Of a stretch of DNA of 64,000 bases, positions 60,831 to 64,000 are shown one piece after another. How positions within the stretch are numbered: position 1 is the stretch's first letter; each line of letters starts with the position of its first letter. The DNA lies in assembly GCA_964492775.1 (NCBI GenBank), contig CAZBLH010000001.1, positions 70,188 through 134,187 on the forward strand, given 5' to 3'. This stretch comes from an uncultured Eubacteriales bacterium. Its GTDB lineage: Bacteria > Actinomycetota > Coriobacteriia > Anaerosomatales > PHET01. The position numbers were made by a program, and so were the translations under genes. Under the pieces are notes generated by a model that searched no databases, was not told where the DNA came from, and was given only the letters and a program-made list of their open reading frames with translations.

Positions 60831-62265
60831 CACCGAGTACTTCGACGTGCCCTCGGACGAGCGTCCGCGCGGTACGTTCAGCCGCAGGCTCGCGTTCGCG
60901 TTCGCGACTGTGGCCGCGGTCACCGCGCTTCTGGCGACGGTGCTTCTCTCGGTTGTCTGGAACTACCAATTCGATCAGTACGTCCGTGGCAATCTGCAGC
61001 CGGTGAGCGACGCTGTGGCGCAGCTCGCTGCTGAGGGCTACGAGGTTTGGGGCGGCTGGACAATCCAAGCGCTCTCGGTCCTTCCGCAGATGAGCACCAC
61101 ACGCGGCCTCTCCGTCCAGGTCTTCGACGAGTCGGGCAATCTGATCTATGACGACTCGGACGCGCAGTCGGCGGAGGACCCAGACGGCCAGACAGCCGGA
61201 GCCGCAGCCGACCCGCAAGGCCCTGCTGTGACCGCGCCTGTGGTGGTGGGCGGGCAGGTGGTCGGGACCGTACGTGTCTGGGCACACGGCACCGGCGCTG
61301 TGCTCACCGAGCGAGACGTGCAGTTCCGGCAAGGCTCCTTCACCGCTGTGGCGCTGGCCGCCATCGTCGCTATCGTGTTCGCGTCGATCGCCGGCGTCTG
61401 GTACGCACGGCGTCTGGTCCGGCCGATCGCGTCGATCACTGCGGCGGCTCGCTCGCTCCGTCAAGGCGACAGGGAGGCTCGCACCGCGCTCCGCGGCGAC
61501 GACGAGATCTCCGTGCTTGGCGCGACCTTCGACGAGATGGCCGACGCTATCGAAGCCGACCGCCAGCTTGAGCGGAGGCTCACAGCCGACGTCGCCCACG
61601 AGCTACGCACTCCGCTCCAGGCGATCCAGGCGACGGTCGAGGCCATGCAGGACAACGTTCTGCCGGCCGACGCAGAACATCTCGGCATTGTGCGCAACGA
61701 GACGATGCGTTTGGGGCGGCTCGCCGATGCGATTCTCGAGCTCACCCGGTTGGAGCGCGGCTCACTGCCCTTCACGATGCAAGAGATCGATGCTGCCGAC
61801 CCGGTCCGTGCAGCAGTCGACGCGAGTGGCGCGCTGATCGAGTCCCGGGACCTGGCGTTCTCGATCGACATCACGGAGGGACTCACCATCCTCGGCGACA
61901 CCGACCGGCTGCAGCAGGCGGTGGGGAACCTCATCTCAAACGCGGCGCGCTACACGCCTGCGGGCGGTCAGGTGCGTGTGAGTGTCGTCCCGAACGGCTC
62001 GGGCGTGGAGATCGCGGTCGAGGACACCGGCTGCGGAATCGCCGAGGACGACCTGCCGCACGTGTTTAGCCGCTTCTGGCGCGCGGACAGCGCGCGCACG
62101 TCCGCCACGGGAGGCTTGGGGATCGGCCTCGCCGTCACGAAGGAGATCGTGGAGCGTCACCGGGGCACGATCGGCGTTCGGTCGGTGTGCGGCGAGGGCA
62201 CGCGTTTTTCGATTCGCCTGCCGAGAGCCCCCAAGCCCACGGCAAAGGGCAACGGTCGTACCTGA
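60820..62265 (+). CDS. Sensor histidine kinase (two TM segments, HAMP, HisKA, HATPase_c)
   Basis: H-box VAHELRTPL, N-box LISNAARYTP, G-boxes EDTGCGI and GGLGIGLAV. It overlaps the regulator gene by 11 nt. Confidence 0.9.
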   Translation: MATDTEYFDVPSDERPRGTFSRRLAFAFATVAAVTALLATVLLSVVWNYQFDQYVRGNLQPVSDAVAQLAAEGYEVWGGWTIQALSVLPQMSTTRGLSVQVFDESGNLIYDDSDAQSAEDPDGQTAGAAADPQGPAVTAPVVVGGQVVGTVRVWAHGTGAVLTERDVQFRQGSFTAVALAAIVAIVFASIAGVWYARRLVRPIASITAAARSLRQGDREARTALRGDDEISVLGATFDEMADAIEADRQLERRLTADVAHELRTPLQAIQATVEAMQDNVLPADAEHLGIVRNETMRLGRLADAILELTRLERGSLPFTMQEIDAADPVRAAVDASGALIESRDLAFSIDITEGLTILGDTDRLQQAVGNLISNAARYTPAGGQVRVSVVPNGSGVEIAVEDTGCGIAEDDLPHVFSRFWRADSARTSATGGLGIGLAVTKEIVERHRGTIGVRSVCGEGTRFSIRLPRAPKPTAKGNGRT

Positions 62266-62319
62266 CGCACCGCTCGCCGTGGCGCACCGAGCGGACTCCG
62301 CGCCATGCAGGCTCCGCGG

Positions 62320-62766
62320 TCAATCACCCAGTCCGGGTACCTGCGGGAGTGGTTTGGCGTAGCAGCCCGTGACGCGCACGCGCTCGGCATCCGCCTGCCC
62401 CGGGTAGGACTCGCGGACGGGACCCGTGAACCAGACCTCGACGATGTCGCCGACCTGCAACTCGCTTGGTTCGATGCGCTCATAGTCACCCGACCCCGCG
62501 GTTCGTTCTACGATTGCGTCGGAGGCGATGCCGACCTGGGCAGCGACGAGGTCGGTGGAGTCTCCGACGTCAGGGTCGTCGGTCCACACGACGAGCATGT
62601 GAGCCGCCTTTGCGTTCTCGGCAAGGTCGAGCGAGGTGATGACTCCGCGTACAGCAGGCTCGGTGCGCGCCACACCGCCGGAAGTGTTGCAGCCGCCGAG
62701 GACGATGCTCATCGCAAGAACGAGCACAGCGGTCAGCGTCTGGACAAGCGCTTGTGTCCGTCCCAA
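62320..62766 (-). CDS. DUF3221-like lipoprotein
   Basis: Lipobox LGGCNTS. The C-terminus LQVGDIVEVWFTGPVRESYPGQADAERVRV matches the DUF3221/YobA-like pattern. Confidence 0.55.
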   Translation of the reverse strand: MGRTQALVQTLTAVLVLAMSIVLGGCNTSGGVARTEPAVRGVITSLDLAENAKAAHMLVVWTDDPDVGDSTDLVAAQVGIASDAIVERTAGSGDYERIEPSELQVGDIVEVWFTGPVRESYPGQADAERVRVTGCYAKPLPQVPGLGD

Positions 62767-62854
62767 TGCCGCCCTCCACTTCGGGTAAGGTAATCAGCAG
62801 ATGCCCTGTCCATTAGACGCTTCAAATGCGCCGTTTGGCGAGAAGAGGACAGCC

Positions 62855-63064
62855 ATGTTCACGGTATTCCCCGGGACGAACCTGAGAATCGTCGCAGTGG
62901 CCGGCCTGATCACGCTCATCGTTCTGATGCTGCAGATGCTCATCGGCTATCGCAAGATCAAGTTCCAGGGTCGCACCCACCTCAAGGTCCACAAGACCGT
63001 TGGGTGGATCATCCTGACCGTCGGCCTCATTCACGCCGCTCTGGCATTCTTACTATTCCGCTAG
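62855..63064 (+). CDS. Small two-TM membrane protein, function unknown
   Basis: ATG 62855 follows AGAGGA. There are two hydrophobic helices separated by YRKIKFQGRTHLKVHK. Confidence 0.4.
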   Translation: MFTVFPGTNLRIVAVAGLITLIVLMLQMLIGYRKIKFQGRTHLKVHKTVGWIILTVGLIHAALAFLLFR

Positions 63065-63174
63065 GCCGACTGCGGAGCGCGGAGCAGCGCGTACCGCTAC
63101 AATATCGACGTACCACGGATCACCGGGCGATGCAGGGCATGACCGCAGCCGCCCTCCACGAGAAGGAGTCCCGT

Positions 63175-64000
63175 TGCCTGACCTCCCGAGCCTTTCGCCT
63201 GATGCGCAAGGCAAGGTTCGCGACATCTACGACCTGGGCGAGAGCCTGCTTCTCGTCGCCTCGGACCGGATCAGCGCGTTCGACGTCGTCCTCCCGCAGC
63301 CCATCCCCTATAAGGGCGAGGTGCTGACCAAGCTCTCTCTGTTCTGGTTCGAGCTGCTCTCCGACCTCGTGCCAAATCATTTGCTCTCGGCCGACACCGC
63401 CGACCTTCCCGCGGATTTCGCCTCCTACGCCGACCAGCTGCGCGGGCGCTTCATGCTCGTGAAGAAGGCGCGTGTCTATCCGGTCGAGTGCATCGTGCGC
63501 GGGTACTTGGCTGGCAGCGGCTGGAAGGAGTACCTCGACCGCGGCACCGTGTGCGACATCCCGCTTCCGGCGGGACTCACCGAGTCAGCCCAGCTCGTCG
63601 AGCCGCTGTTCACGCCCTCGACCAAGGCCGAGATCGGCGACCATGACGAGAACATCAGCTTCGAGGCGATGGCGGAGATCGTTGGCGATGAGCTCGCGAG
63701 CGAGCTGCGTGAGCGTTCGATCGCGGTGTACTCGGCGGCGCGCGCACACGCCGCGTCCAGGGGCATCATCATTGCCGACACCAAGTTCGAGTTCGGCGAG
63801 ATCGACGGCGTGCCGACGCTCGTGGATGAGGTGCTGACGCCGGACTCGAGCCGTTTCTGGCCTGCCGATATCTACGAGCCCGGCCGGTCGCAGCCGAGCT
63901 TCGACAAGCAGTTCGTTCGCGACTGGCTGGAGGCGAGCGGCTGGGACAAGCAGTCGGCGCCGCCGTCGCTGCCTTCGGATGTCATTGAGGCGACCTCCGC
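63175..64000 (+). CDS. purC: Phosphoribosylaminoimidazole-succinocarboxamide (SAICAR) synthase; the 3' end runs off the window
   Basis: This gene is not in the supplied ORF list because there is no stop in the window. TTG 63175 lies 5 nt after GAAGGAG. My own translation gives GKVRDIYDLGESLLLVASDRISAFDVVLP...ECIVRGYLAGSGW...LFTPSTKAE.GDHDENI...IIIADTKFEFG...DEVLTPDSSRFW. Confidence 0.9.

Overview
GC-rich, strongly GC3-biased chromosomal segment with an actinobacterial-type gene set and no rRNA, intact tRNA, CRISPR array, transposase or integrase visible. The left ~11.5 kb (1-11479) looks like a defence island. It holds a complete type I R-M operon (hsdM partial, hsdS, hsdR). This is followed by a translationally coupled three-gene cassette: a HEPN/TIGR02391 protein, a YaaC-like protein and an orphan. 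Next come a wHTH/coiled-coil orphan and an OLD-family ATPase-Toprim nuclease. The island ends at a 68-nt 3' half of a tRNA-Ser(CGA). A second, diverged copy of that half lies 1.6 kb further on, and the two bracket an MFS gene. The five genes at 5149-11358 are my best candidates for an undescribed defence system or systems. The rest of the window is ordinary housekeeping. It includes transporters (several ABC systems, modABC, an amino-acid ABC system, MFS pumps, a K+/H+ antiporter, MgtC, MscL) and DNA-damage genes (an Ada/Ogt fusion, an SOS-boxed radical-SAM repair gene, tag). It also includes purB, purC, carB, msrA, ppiC, a two-component system, two cell-wall-anchored CWB2 proteins and a poorly characterised membrane/glycosyltransferase cluster. 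All calls come from reading the translations and sequence by eye; no database search was run.
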